Source of the DNA: Chthoniobacterales bacterium | Lineage (GTDB): Bacteria; Verrucomicrobiota; Verrucomicrobiia; Chthoniobacterales; Chthoniobacteraceae | Direction of reading: 5' to 3' | DNA length: 64,000 bases | Assembly (NCBI GenBank): GCA_038207335.1 | Contig: JBBQZX010000002.1 | Span: forward strand, 96,001 to 160,000 | Part shown: piece by piece, positions 49,480-59,568 of the stretch | How the letters are laid out: each line of letters starts with the position of its first letter | Position numbering within the stretch: position 1 is the first letter of the stretch | Notes under the pieces: generated by a model | Told to the model about the DNA's origin: nothing | What the model saw: only the letters and a program-made list of their open reading frames with translations | Database searches by the model: none | Position numbers and translations under genes: made by a program

Positions 49480-52400
49480 TTAAACCACACCGACCACAAG
49501 ATGGCCGTGCCGCCGGGCACCACCGCGGCGGCGCAGGCCGAGGCCAGCGACAGCCGCGAGCAAAAGGCCAAGTGAGCCGGGTTCCGGGATGGAAAGGAGC
49601 TGCACGGCGACGTCGTTCCCGGAGCCGACGGCGAAGTTGCTCGTCGCGGCATCCGCGCTGTAGTTCACGAGCACCCGGAAGTTGTTACCGTAGTCGATCG
49701 TGCCCGTTCCGTTGCCGTTGTTCGCGGCGTTGGCAAAGGTGCCGAAGACGCTGTCGCCGCCGTCATTCAGAATGATGAAAAAGGTGTCGTTCACAGCTGG
49801 CGTAAAACCGCCGATGATCGACGAAAGCAGATCGCCGCTAAGGGAAACGGCGCCTGTCACATTCAGCCGGTCGAAGCTGCCGATCGTGGTGCCACCGAGT
49901 TCGATGGAAAGATGCGCGGTCGGCGCGCTGAGATTGAAATCACCGGTGGCCAGCGTGCCCGTGCCCACGACTCCCGGCGCGATTGTCGCGCCCGCGGCGA
50001 CGGTGGTCGGGCCCACGACCCGCCCGGTTCCGCCGAGCATGCCGGCGTTCACGTTCACCGAGCCGGTGATGGAGCCGTTCACGAAAAGAGGCCCGCCCGC
50101 GACGCTTACACTGCCCGTGCCCGTGCCTGCGCCGGCGATGGCGAGAGAGCCCGCGCCGGTTTTCACGAGTCCACCGTTATTGCCCAGATTCACAACACCG
50201 ATGGTGACAGCGTTGCCCGCCGCGAGGTCGAGCGTGCCTTGCGTGAAGTCGCTCTGCAGTGTGATCGAATCGGCAGCACTCGCCAGCGGAGCGGCGTGAC
50301 TTTTCAAAACGAGGCTCCCCGAGCCGCCTGTGAAAGTGATCGCATCGGCCGTAAAGCCGCCTGCACTCAAGGTTCCGGAGTCGTCGATGCGGAGCTGGCC
50401 GCCCGGCGTATTCGGCGCCGAGAACACGCCGAGCTGCGTCGCGGAGCCGGGATTGATGAATGCCTGTGTGGCGAATGCGACGCCCGACCCGATGGCGAAT
50501 TTCGCATCGATCTGCGCGCCGCCCGTACCGTTATAGTAGCCGATGGCAAATTTGTAGCTGCCCGCGGCGAGGTTCACCGTGTTCGTCACGGTGACGACGC
50601 CGTGCGGCCCGAGGTTGCCGATGACACGCTCGTTCGTCTCGAAGATGCCGTTCTGATTCAAGTCGATGTAGATGCTGCTGCCGTCGTCGCTGTTCGTGCC
50701 AAAGCTGATGTCGCCCGCCGGCAGATTTGCTCCGCCAACATTCAGTCGCCCGACCCACGCGACGCCTTCGTTGTCGGTGTTCGCGTAAAAATTCGGAACG
50801 ATCGCATTCGCTCGAGTTTGAATGTCCCCACCGTTGAAGTTGAGGTTCACATTTGTGAGGGTGCCAATCGCACCGGGAGTGAGCGTGCGGAAAGTGTTTC
50901 CGTTTTCAAATGAGATGAATGGGTCGCCATTTGCGCCCGTAAAATCCCCGACGCCGACATCACCCGGGCGGAAATAGCGGCCTTGGAGCTGGTCGGCTGG
51001 TCCTGCAGTCGCGTGCGGTTTCGTCGTCCCAATCACGATGTTGCCGAGGTCGGCTACCCCGCTTTTTACCTGCAAAACCGAGTCGTTCGTGATCCCCGTG
51101 CCCGCGAAGGACGCGGACCCGCCGAAGCCCGCGTCGAACTGCAGCGTGCCGCCAGTGACGTTGACTGTCGTCGAACCGATGCCGCCGGTCGCCGCGGTAA
51201 CGTGCGCGATGCCGCCCGTGATGCTGACTGGACCGGCGGATATGAGCGCGGCGCTGCCGTTGTAAGTACCACCGCTGACCACGAGATTGTTCACGCTGAT
51301 CGGAACGTTCGCATTGAAAACGCCACCGCTGACGCTAGCCGTACTTGGGATCGCGAGCCCGCCATTCACGGAAAATACGCCGCCGGAAACCACGAGCGGG
51401 CCGGCAAAATTATTCGTCGCGCCGTTTAAATTCACGGTCCCCGTGCTAGTCACGCCACCCGCGCCGGTGATGTTCCCCGCGACGTTCAGCGTGTAGCCGT
51501 TCGCGGTGCCGAGCGTCACCACTTTACCTGCAGCCACGGTCACGTTCTTCGTGCCGCCAATCTGGACGAATTGATTCGCCGCACCGCCTGTCGCCTGCAG
51601 CCCTTGGATCGTCGCATTTTGTGCGACCGTGACGGCATTGTCGAAAGTGGCAAACGTCGTGCCGCTCAGCCCGAGCGTGCCGCCGTTCAGCGTCACCGTC
51701 CCAGCGCCGAGCGCCGAATTATTCCCATCGCTCAGCGCTGCGAGCGTGCCGCTTTGAATCGTGAACACCGTCGTCGCCGTCGCGCCCGATGGCGCGCTTG
51801 TGCCCGCGAGCGTCCACGTCCCCGCATCTTGCTTCGTCACGTTTCCGCTGCCGGTGAGCGGCGAAGTGATCGAGCCGTTGCCAGCGCCGAGCAGCGTCAG
51901 CGGTGCAGCACCATTCACGACCGTCCCGCCAACGGAGAAGAGCTGCCCCGGCGCCGCAGACTCCAGTCCGCCGCCGCCCGCAGCGAGCGTGATGCCGCGC
52001 TGGGTCGTCGCGCCATTGCCCGTGTAGCGGAGCGTGCCCGCAGTTGCCACGTCGCCTAGCACGAGGTCGCTCGTACCCGCGCCGAGCGGTTGCGGCGTGC
52101 CCGTGGCCGCAAATCCCGGCACGCTGAGCGTTCCGTTTTTCACGGCGACCGAGCCGCTGAACGTATTTGCACCGGTCAGCGCAAGCACGCCGGCACCGAT
52201 CTTCGTGACCCCGCCGACGCCCGCGATCGTCCCATCAAACGCTCCGGAACTCAGCGACAGCTCAGTCGGCCCGGCGAGATTGACCGTCCCCGATGCGACG
52301 CCGGTGAGCGCGCCGAGCGTCTGCGTCGATCCGAGAAAAATCGCGCTGCCGGCGACATCGAGCGCGGTCGTGGAACCGAGCGCGCCGAGCGACGAGACAT

Positions 52401-55400
52401 TCAGCGCCGCGCCGGTTTTCACATTGAGCGCCGGCGTGTTCAGCGTCCCCGCGACGGTGAGCGTCCCACCATTCACGTCGAATTTCGCCGTCGAGGCATA
52501 CGTTCTCCCTGCGCCGACCGTGAACGTCCCGCCCGATGTCGCCGTGATCGGCGTCGTCACATTCGTGTTGAAAGTCACATTGCCCGCCTGGCTTTTGCTC
52601 ACGCCCGCGCCCGCCGTCACAGTGATCGCGCCGCCGCTGAAATCGTAACTCGTCGCCGAGTTCGCGAGCGTGATCGTGTTCGCAGAGACGCCGCCTGCCG
52701 TCACCACGACGCCCGGTCGCGCCGCTCCGAACTCGTCGAACGTCACATTCGCACCCGTCGAAAAGACGTTGTTGTCGCCCGTCCAATTCGCCGTCCCCGT
52801 GTCCCAGCTTCCATTCACCGCGCCCGTCCACGTCAGCAGCGGATTGCCCGCCAGCACTTGCAGCAGCAGCGTTCCCGCGGGCACTGCACCACCGCCCGCC
52901 GCCGCGTCGATCGCATCGCCGGGCTTCAGCACGGAATAGTTGAAATTCGGTTTGCCGTTGATCGTGAAAGTCGCGTTGTCCGTGAAGGTCCCGCTGCCGA
53001 TGACTTTGATCAGCGGATACGTCCCGATGCCAAACCCCGAACTGGCGAGCTGCGTGATATTCAGCACATCGCCGCCCGCGTTCATCAGCAGATTTCCCGT
53101 TCCCGTGATGCTCACCAAATCGCCGTTGCCCGGACTCCCGAAATTGTAGTCGAGCCCGCCCCCGGCATTGATCGTCAGGTTGTTGTTGATCGTGAGCGTG
53201 TTGAATGTGGTTGCGCTCATGTCAGGCGAGAGGTGCCCGGTCGATGTCACCGTCACCGCGCTGTTGATCGTGCCGTTGCCGCCGAGCGTCCCGAAGAGCG
53301 TGCCGTTGCCGACCGAGACGGGAGAGTTGAACAGGGCTGCCGTGCTCGTGAGCGCTGTGCCGGAGCCGATCAGCAGCGTGCCGCCGACGATGCTGGTCGC
53401 GCCGGAAAAGCGGTTATTGGTCCCGCTCAAAGTCTGCGTTCCCGTACCGACTTTCGTCAGAGAGCCGGCGCCCGCCGTCGTGTTGTTCGTGCCGTAAATC
53501 GATCCGATGAAAGCCGTCGAGAGATTGTTCCCACCGAGGATCAAGCCGCCATTCGTCGTCGAGTTGTGATTGGCAATATCGATATTCCCCGCGAGCGAGC
53601 CGAAATACTGGTATTTGCTGGCGATGTCGATCGACTTGCCCACCGTGTTCGGCACCACGTCATGCGTCGCATTATCCCGCACCGTCGTGATCGTGACCGC
53701 CGAGTTGTGCGGCACCTGATCGTTCGCGTCGAAAGTGATGTTCTCCAAGGCATTCCCGCCGCTCCCGTCGTTCCCATCCGTGTAGCTGAACCAAAAATTC
53801 GTCGCGCCCTGATAGTCGTGATTAGCGACGCCGCCGGTTCCCTGCGTGTTATTGAGGTGGATGATCGCTCCGCCACCGCCCCCAGTCTGGCGCGCGTAAT
53901 AGGAGAAACCGCCAACTCCCGTGATCTTGTTCGTGATGATCGCATTCGCTCCGCCCGTGTAGGAGAACGCGCCGCCACGCGTGCCGACCGTCCAGCCCTG
54001 AGTCGCGGTCGTCGTGAACCCCGCAAACGTCCGCAATTCACCTCCATTGAAAGTCACATTGTCCGCCGCCGAACCCGACCCGCCGAGCTGCCCCGCCGCG
54101 TTAATGAGCAGCACGCCTTCATTGATCGTCACCTTTCCTGAAAACGTGTTGCTGTGCTTCGCGTTCTGGTTGTTGCCGTTGCTCAGGTCGAGCAGCCCCG
54201 GCCCGGATTTTGTAAGCCCGACCGGCGAGCCGTTGTCCGTGATAATCGAGGCGATGCGCAGATTGCTGTCGGTATAAACGATCAAATCCGGCACGCCCGC
54301 GCCCGTTGTCACGTTGCCATTTGCACCACCGCTTTCATCGAAGAGATACCCGATGAATGCCATGTTCGGGATGTCCGCCTTGTTGTTGTAAAAGCCCGTG
54401 CCCGTCGCCCCGCTCGAGATGATGCCGCCCGAACCGACCGTCAACGTCACCGTCCGCACGCCCGCCGCACCGTTCGAAAATGTGATGCCGTTTCCATACG
54501 CGCGAGTCGGTGTGGCAGAGCCCGTCCCATTCACCACATAGCTGGCGGGGGGGATGACACCGGAACCATTCACCGGCGTGCTCCCACCGGTCAGGAAAAG
54601 CGAGTTCACCGTCGTGTTCGCCGTCAGATTCACCGTGCTCCCGCTGCCCGCGTCGTACTTCGCATTGTCGGTCGAAACTGAGCCCGCCGTGAATGGCGAA
54701 TAGGCAGTGAACGGCACGACGAGCCCGCTGCCATCCGTCGTCGCGAAATTCAATCCCGCCCCCGCCGAAGTCCCAGTCACCGCCCAACCGCCGATAATCC
54801 CATTCGATAGCGTCACATTCGGCGCGGCTACGATCGAGCCGGGATCGATCGCAAAAAGAACCGTCCCGCCGCGCGAGCGATTGAAGCTCGGCGTCACCCC
54901 GGCCGCTCCGAAAATGAACCCCGATCCTGAGCCCGTGGCCTGCACCACACTCGCGCCCGAAGCGACTCCGAGCGTGCCGACCGTCTCGACCGTGCCCGAC
55001 GCATTTCCAATGAGCCGGATGATCCCGCCACTGCTCGTGATCGTAGTCCCATCCGAGATCCGATTCGCATTCTGCACCGCGCTCGAGTCGAGCGTCAGCG
55101 CGGTCCCCGCACCGAGCGCGATGCCACTGGTATTGAGGATCGAGCCCGCGCCGCTGAGCGTCAGCGAACCGGTGAAAACCGACGTCGCTCCAGCATACGT
55201 ATTGGCGTTTGTGAAGTTGAACTTTCCCGAGCCCGCGATCGTCAGCGCATTCGCCGCCGCTCCCGAAATCACGCCGCTCTGCGTGTACTCGCTCGCTGAA
55301 TTATTCGTCCATCGCTGCGAAGCGCCGAGCGCCACCGCGCTGCTCACAGTCACCGTCGCCGAGCCATTGTGCGTCACGCCACCGCTCCCGATCGTGAGCA

Positions 55401-55761
55401 AATTCCCGCCGCCGATCGTCACCGGCGTCGTCGCAAGCGGCGTGAAATTCAGGCTCCGAATTGCGAAGTCAGCGCCGAGCTGCGTGTTGAGATTTCCCGC
55501 GCCCGCGAGATTGAAAAACACATCGTCGCTCGAGCCAGGAATGCCCGCTGTGCCTTGATTGAAGTCCCCCGACGACGACCAATTCGTCCCCGCCGGACCC
55601 GCGATCGTATTCCAAAAACCATCGCTGTCCCCGAACCAAAATAATGACGCCGCCTGCACCGACGCGCCCGTGAGCACAGCCGTGCAAGCAAGCTTGAGAG
55701 ACAAACGACCACGCGAAATGCGCGCGGGTTTTGTCGACTGATGAGAGTGAGAAATGTGCAT
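49480..55761 (-). CDS. Giant PEP-CTERM autotransporter-repeat protein with a PA14-like domain; paralogue of 492-6209
   Basis: Signal peptide ending ASVQA; beta-strand repeats; FGTNSDDGSSIYID PA14-like motif; IPEPGS-hydrophobic-RRR; start at 55761 supported by leader similarity to the paralogue. Confidence 0.9.
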   Translation of the reverse strand: MHISHSHQSTKPARISRGRLSLKLACTAVLTGASVQAASLFWFGDSDGFWNTIAGPAGTNWSSSGDFNQGTAGIPGSSDDVFFNLAGAGNLNTQLGADFAIRSLNFTPLATTPVTIGGGNLLTIGSGGVTHNGSATVTVSSAVALGASQRWTNNSASEYTQSGVISGAAANALTIAGSGKFNFTNANTYAGATSVFTGSLTLSGAGSILNTSGIALGAGTALTLDSSAVQNANRISDGTTITSSGGIIRLIGNASGTVETVGTLGVASGASVVQATGSGSGFIFGAAGVTPSFNRSRGGTVLFAIDPGSIVAAPNVTLSNGIIGGWAVTGTSAGAGLNFATTDGSGLVVPFTAYSPFTAGSVSTDNAKYDAGSGSTVNLTANTTVNSLFLTGGSTPVNGSGVIPPASYVVNGTGSATPTRAYGNGITFSNGAAGVRTVTLTVGSGGIISSGATGTGFYNNKADIPNMAFIGYLFDESGGANGNVTTGAGVPDLIVYTDSNLRIASIITDNGSPVGLTKSGPGLLDLSNGNNQNAKHSNTFSGKVTINEGVLLINAAGQLGGSGSAADNVTFNGGELRTFAGFTTTATQGWTVGTRGGAFSYTGGANAIITNKITGVGGFSYYARQTGGGGGAIIHLNNTQGTGGVANHDYQGATNFWFSYTDGNDGSGGNALENITFDANDQVPHNSAVTITTVRDNATHDVVPNTVGKSIDIASKYQYFGSLAGNIDIANHNSTTNGGLILGGNNLSTAFIGSIYGTNNTTAGAGSLTKVGTGTQTLSGTNNRFSGATSIVGGTLLIGSGTALTSTAALFNSPVSVGNGTLFGTLGGNGTINSAVTVTSTGHLSPDMSATTFNTLTINNNLTINAGGGLDYNFGSPGNGDLVSITGTGNLLMNAGGDVLNITQLASSGFGIGTYPLIKVIGSGTFTDNATFTINGKPNFNYSVLKPGDAIDAAAGGGAVPAGTLLLQVLAGNPLLTWTGAVNGSWDTGTANWTGDNNVFSTGANVTFDEFGAARPGVVVTAGGVSANTITLANSATSYDFSGGAITVTAGAGVSKSQAGNVTFNTNVTTPITATSGGTFTVGAGRTYASTAKFDVNGGTLTVAGTLNTPALNVKTGAALNVSSLGALGSTTALDVAGSAIFLGSTQTLGALTGVASGTVNLAGPTELSLSSGAFDGTIAGVGGVTKIGAGVLALTGANTFSGSVAVKNGTLSVPGFAATGTPQPLGAGTSDLVLGDVATAGTLRYTGNGATTQRGITLAAGGGGLESAAPGQLFSVGGTVVNGAAPLTLLGAGNGSITSPLTGSGNVTKQDAGTWTLAGTSAPSGATATTVFTIQSGTLAALSDGNNSALGAGTVTLNGGTLGLSGTTFATFDNAVTVAQNATIQGLQATGGAANQFVQIGGTKNVTVAAGKVVTLGTANGYTLNVAGNITGAGGVTSTGTVNLNGATNNFAGPLVVSGGVFSVNGGLAIPSTASVSGGVFNANVPISVNNLVVSGGTYNGSAALISAGPVSITGGIAHVTAATGGIGSTTVNVTGGTLQFDAGFGGSASFAGTGITNDSVLQVKSGVADLGNIVIGTTKPHATAGPADQLQGRYFRPGDVGVGDFTGANGDPFISFENGNTFRTLTPGAIGTLTNVNLNFNGGDIQTRANAIVPNFYANTDNEGVAWVGRLNVGGANLPAGDISFGTNSDDGSSIYIDLNQNGIFETNERVIGNLGPHGVVTVTNTVNLAAGSYKFAIGYYNGTGGAQIDAKFAIGSGVAFATQAFINPGSATQLGVFSAPNTPGGQLRIDDSGTLSAGGFTADAITFTGGSGSLVLKSHAAPLASAADSITLQSDFTQGTLDLAAGNAVTIGVVNLGNNGGLVKTGAGSLAIAGAGTGTGSVSVAGGPLFVNGSITGSVNVNAGMLGGTGRVVGPTTVAAGATIAPGVVGTGTLATGDFNLSAPTAHLSIELGGTTIGSFDRLNVTGAVSLSGDLLSSIIGGFTPAVNDTFFIILNDGGDSVFGTFANAANNGNGTGTIDYGNNFRVLVNYSADAATSNFAVGSGNDVAVQLLSIPEPGSLGLLLAAVAGLGLRRRGGARRHGHLVVGVV

Positions 55762-55932
55762 AATACTCGCGGGTAATGAACGGGGGGTTGACCGGAACCA
55801 GAGCGCACGACGGGAAGCCGCACGCACAGTTTGTGTTACGCGACCGTCACACGACCGCAACATGAATCCTCGGAATCCTCGGACATTTTCCGATAACCAC
55901 CGCTACTGCTCCACCGGAGCCTCCCGCCTGTC

Positions 55933-56700
55933 CTACGTCTTCACCGTGCCCCACCGTCGGTGCAGAAATCGCTCCCACGGCGAGAACAAAATCTTATCCG
56001 CGAGCAGACCGATCGCCACGATGATGAGCATGATCCCGATGACCTGATCCATCGCGTGCAGGTCGCGACCGTAGTTGAGCAATTGACCGAGCCCGAAGCC
56101 CGTCAGGATCGTGACGTAAATCTCGGCCGCCATCAGCGAGCGCCATGCGAATGCCCAGCCCTGCTTGATTCCGCTCACGATGAATGGCAGCGATGCGGGC
56201 AGAATCACTTTGAACCATGTGTGGATGCCGTTCGAGCCCATGCAGCGGGCGGCGCGAGCGTAAATCGGCGGCACGTTTTTGACCCCGGTATCCGTCGCCA
56301 ACGCGACCGACCAAACCGTGCCCATCACCACCACGAACAGCATCGCCATCTCCGTCTGCCCAAACCAAATCAACGCCAGCGGGACCCAGCAGACGCTCGG
56401 CAGCGCCTGCAGGCCGAGCCCGAGCACGCCGATCGTGTCATGCGCCCACTGGAATCGCGCAGTCAGCAAACCGAGCGGCACGCCGACCGCGACTCCCGCA
56501 AAATAGCCGAGCAGGAGCCGCTTCGTCGTGACCGCGAGCGCCTGCAAAAGCGTGCCGTCGGCAATCGCGCCGTGCAGATATTCCCAAACCGCGATCGGAG
56601 GTGGTAGGATGACAGGCGACCACTTCCCACTCGCCGCGAGCGCATACCAGACACCGACGAGCGCGGCGAAAAACACGAAAGCTGCAAAAGCGCGTTTCAT
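55933..56700 (-). CDS. Nitrate/sulfonate-type ABC permease (SsuC/TauC-like)
   Basis: LPPP, LPSVCWVPL, AARCMG, WRSLMAAE, GLG. Confidence 0.9.
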   Translation of the reverse strand: MKRAFAAFVFFAALVGVWYALAASGKWSPVILPPPIAVWEYLHGAIADGTLLQALAVTTKRLLLGYFAGVAVGVPLGLLTARFQWAHDTIGVLGLGLQALPSVCWVPLALIWFGQTEMAMLFVVVMGTVWSVALATDTGVKNVPPIYARAARCMGSNGIHTWFKVILPASLPFIVSGIKQGWAFAWRSLMAAEIYVTILTGFGLGQLLNYGRDLHAMDQVIGIMLIIVAIGLLADKILFSPWERFLHRRWGTVKT

Positions 56701-57527
56701 CAGTCCGCCACCTCCCCGGTGCGGTGCGATTTGAGCGCCGCGGTGATCTCCGTCGAGTAATTCGCGAGGCTCGGGCTGTTGATGTCCCGCGGCCGCGGCA
56801 GGTCGATCTTGAACTGCTCCCGGATGCGGCCCGGATGCGGCGAGAATAGCACGACGCGATCGGCCAGACACGCGGCCTCGCGGACATTGTGAGTCACGAA
56901 CACAATCGTCTTTTTGCGCGCCTGCCAGATCGTCTGAAGATCGCCGTAAAGCTGCTCGCGCGTCATCGCATCGAGCGCGGCGAATGGCTCGTCCATCAAG
57001 AGCACACGAGGGTTCGGAGCCAGCGACCGCGCGAGCGCCACGCGCTGCCGCATCCCACCGGAGAGCTCATGGATGTTCGATTTCGCATACCGTTCCAGCC
57101 CGACGAGCTTGATGTAAAACATCGCGACTTCCTGCCGCTCCTTGTCTTTTAACCCTGGCTTGAGCTTCAGCCCGAAGAGCACATTTCCGATCACATTCAG
57201 CCACGGAAAAAGCGCCGATTCCTGAAACATCACCATCCGGTCGCGGGCCGGCCCCGTCACCATTCGGCCCTCCGTCATCACCGCGCCCTGATCGGGAAAA
57301 TCGAGCCCGGCAATCATGTTCAAAAGCGTCGATTTTCCGCAGCCACTCGGCCCGACGAGGCAGACGAACTCACCTTCGCCGACCGTGAGGCTCACGTCGT
57401 CGATCGCGTGCGTCTGAACCACGCCGTCACGAAACCATTTAGACACGCCATTGATCGAAAGCTTTGCCGGCGGGAGCACGCGCAGCTCCTCCGCAACTGC
57501 GTTTGTTTTCGACATTTCTGGCTCCAT
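56700..57527 (-). CDS. Nitrate/sulfonate-type ABC ATPase
   Basis: GPSGCGKST, LSGGMRQR, LMDEPF, VTH; start at 57527 or 57515. Confidence 0.92.
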   Translation of the reverse strand: MEPEMSKTNAVAEELRVLPPAKLSINGVSKWFRDGVVQTHAIDDVSLTVGEGEFVCLVGPSGCGKSTLLNMIAGLDFPDQGAVMTEGRMVTGPARDRMVMFQESALFPWLNVIGNVLFGLKLKPGLKDKERQEVAMFYIKLVGLERYAKSNIHELSGGMRQRVALARSLAPNPRVLLMDEPFAALDAMTREQLYGDLQTIWQARKKTIVFVTHNVREAACLADRVVLFSPHPGRIREQFKIDLPRPRDINSPSLANYSTEITAALKSHRTGEVAD

Positions 57528-57583
57528 CGGGCGCAGAAGATTTTCGCTGGCGTCGCGCCGGGCAAGTCCCAAATCTGCGGCGC

Positions 57584-58579
57584 TCACTTCGGGATATCGA
57601 CGAGCCGCCCAAGGTCCGCGGAGCCCTTCAAAAAGCCCACCGCCTGGGCGTCCTTCAGCAGCCCCTCGAAGCTCGCCGCCGAAATTTGATTCGTAAATTT
57701 CATTCGCGGCCACGCCCGCTCCATTACCTCCGACGGTAGCTCCCTCTTCGTGATTTCCTTCAGTGCCGAGCGAACAAGTTCCTTCGCCTCCGCCGGATGT
57801 TCATTGATCCACTGCGTCAGCTCCGCATGCGCCGCCGCGAATTTCTTCACGAGTTCCGGCTGCTCGCGCAACGCCTTTTCGCTCGCCGCAAGCACCGTCG
57901 TCACCGCCCCTTTTTCCTCGAGGAAAATCTTCCCCTTCGACTCCAGCTCCAACCGCGAAACCCACGGCTCCACCGTCCACGCGCCGTCGATCTGCCCATT
58001 CTGGAAAAGGGTTAGTTGATCAGCATTCGCGGTCGGCAGCACCGTTACGTCGCCGCCGAGTTGTGTGAGTTTGTAGCCCTGCTTTTGCAGCCACACGCGC
58101 GCCGCCACATCCTGCGTATTCCCGAGCTGGGGAGTCGCGATTTTCTTCCCGAGAAAATCTTCCGCCTTCGCAATCCGTCCATCGCCCTGCACGACGAGCG
58201 CCGCACCGCCATCCGCCGCGCCGGCGATCACGCGGATCGAATTCCCCTGTGCGCGGATGTAGGCATTCAGCACCGGCCCCGGCCCCACGTAGGTCAGGTC
58301 AATCGACTCTGCAAACATCGCCTCCATCGCCTGCGGCCCTGCATTGTATATGAACCACTGAATCTCCACATCCGGGCCGAGCCGCGACTCGAACCAGCCC
58401 TTTCCATCGCGCTGGAGCTGGGTCGCAACGAGCGCCTGCGCGTGCGTCACATTCGGAAAATGCCCCACGCGCAAGACGGTCTTCCCATCAGCGCGCTTCG
58501 CCGATTTCGCCGGTCCGCAGGCGGGAAGTAACACGGCGAAAATCACGACAACAAAAGTGAGCAGACGTTGCAATTTCAT
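57584..58579 (-). CDS. Sulfonate-type ABC substrate-binding lipoprotein (SsuA-like)
   Basis: Lipobox LPAC; GHFPNVTHAQA, YVGPGP, PQLGNTQDVA, EPW. Confidence 0.88.
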   Translation of the reverse strand: MKLQRLLTFVVVIFAVLLPACGPAKSAKRADGKTVLRVGHFPNVTHAQALVATQLQRDGKGWFESRLGPDVEIQWFIYNAGPQAMEAMFAESIDLTYVGPGPVLNAYIRAQGNSIRVIAGAADGGAALVVQGDGRIAKAEDFLGKKIATPQLGNTQDVAARVWLQKQGYKLTQLGGDVTVLPTANADQLTLFQNGQIDGAWTVEPWVSRLELESKGKIFLEEKGAVTTVLAASEKALREQPELVKKFAAAHAELTQWINEHPAEAKELVRSALKEITKRELPSEVMERAWPRMKFTNQISAASFEGLLKDAQAVGFLKGSADLGRLVDIPK

Positions 58580-58661
58580 GGGATGGCGCTCTTGGAGCCG
58601 CAGTGAAATCCACGGGAGTCGCACGGCTTGCAATCCATTTTCGCTCCAAGGAGCACACGAC

Positions 58662-59552
58662 TCACCCGCGTTTGTATTCCGCACTCGCCGCGGTGATCCC
58701 CGACGTCACGCATTCCGGACACATCCGCCGCTCGGAATCTTCATCTTCCGCCTCCTCCGCCAGCAGGAAAAGCCGGTGACATGGGTCGTGCAGGCAATTC
58801 ACAAACCGGCTCGTCGGGCGACCCGTGTGAGCGCATTTGCCGACCTGCACGAGCCCTTCGTCCACCTTCACTGTCATGCGCTGGTCGAAGACGAAACACT
58901 CCCCGAGCCAGTGCTCATTCCCGAACTCCTTCTGGTAGCTCAGGATGCCGCCGTGCAACTGATGCACCGACGCAAAACCCCTGCTGCGAAGCAGCGCGGA
59001 CGCCTTTTCGCACCGAATCCCACCCGTGCAATACATGAGGATCGGCTTCGTTTTCAGATGCTCGATCTGCGCGACGAAATCCGGCAGTTCGCGGAAATTC
59101 TCGATCTCACACGCGACCGCATTTTCAAACTTCCCCGCGTCCGACTCATACCGATTCCGCACGTCGAGCACCACCGCTTCGGGGTCGCCTTCCATCCGCG
59201 ATTTCCACTCCGCAGGCGTGAGATGATTGTCCACATCCGGCGCGGCGATTTCCGGCGCATTCAGCGTCACGATCTCCCGCCGCACTTTCACGACGAGCTT
59301 TGGAAAAGTGCGTGCATCGCCGTCGCTGATCTTGAATTCCACATCCGCAAACCGCGCATCCCCCTGCAGCGCGCGGCGATACTCCGCGGTCGCCGATTCC
59401 GTCCCCGCGAGCGTCCCGTTGATGCCTTCCTCCGCGATCAAGACCCGACCTTTCAACCCAAGCGACTCGCACAAAACACGCTGCTCCGAGGCGAACGCGG
59501 CAGGGTCGGCGATGGGGACATATTTGTAGAAAAGGAGGACGGGGTGAGTCAT
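58662..59552 (-). CDS. trhO: tRNA U34 hydroxylase TrhO (rhodanese family)
   Basis: LFYKY, LKGRVLIAEEGINGT, DVRNRYE, YCTGGIRCEK, L.GGI..Y, CFVFDQR. Confidence 0.9.
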   Translation of the reverse strand: MTHPVLLFYKYVPIADPAAFASEQRVLCESLGLKGRVLIAEEGINGTLAGTESATAEYRRALQGDARFADVEFKISDGDARTFPKLVVKVRREIVTLNAPEIAAPDVDNHLTPAEWKSRMEGDPEAVVLDVRNRYESDAGKFENAVACEIENFRELPDFVAQIEHLKTKPILMYCTGGIRCEKASALLRSRGFASVHQLHGGILSYQKEFGNEHWLGECFVFDQRMTVKVDEGLVQVGKCAHTGRPTSRFVNCLHDPCHRLFLLAEEAEDEDSERRMCPECVTSGITAASAEYKRG

Positions 59553-59568
59553 GCGCGGTGAGGCGGAA

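Noticed and set aside
2979..54141. Long antisense or alternate-frame ORFs (e.g. 2979-4655, 10896-12740, 30292-31830, 52090-54141)
   Set aside because: Expected shadows of GC-rich codon usage in real genes; Arg/Ala-rich with no motifs
492..55761. Diversity-generating retroelement or true type V autotransporters
   Set aside because: No reverse transcriptase or adenine-specific repeat pair was seen; the proteins end in PEP-CTERM, not a beta-barrel
36629..55883. Two-copy direct repeats (GCGATGTAGA near 36629; GAATCCTCG near 55864)
   Set aside because: Only two short copies each; compatible with slippage or chance
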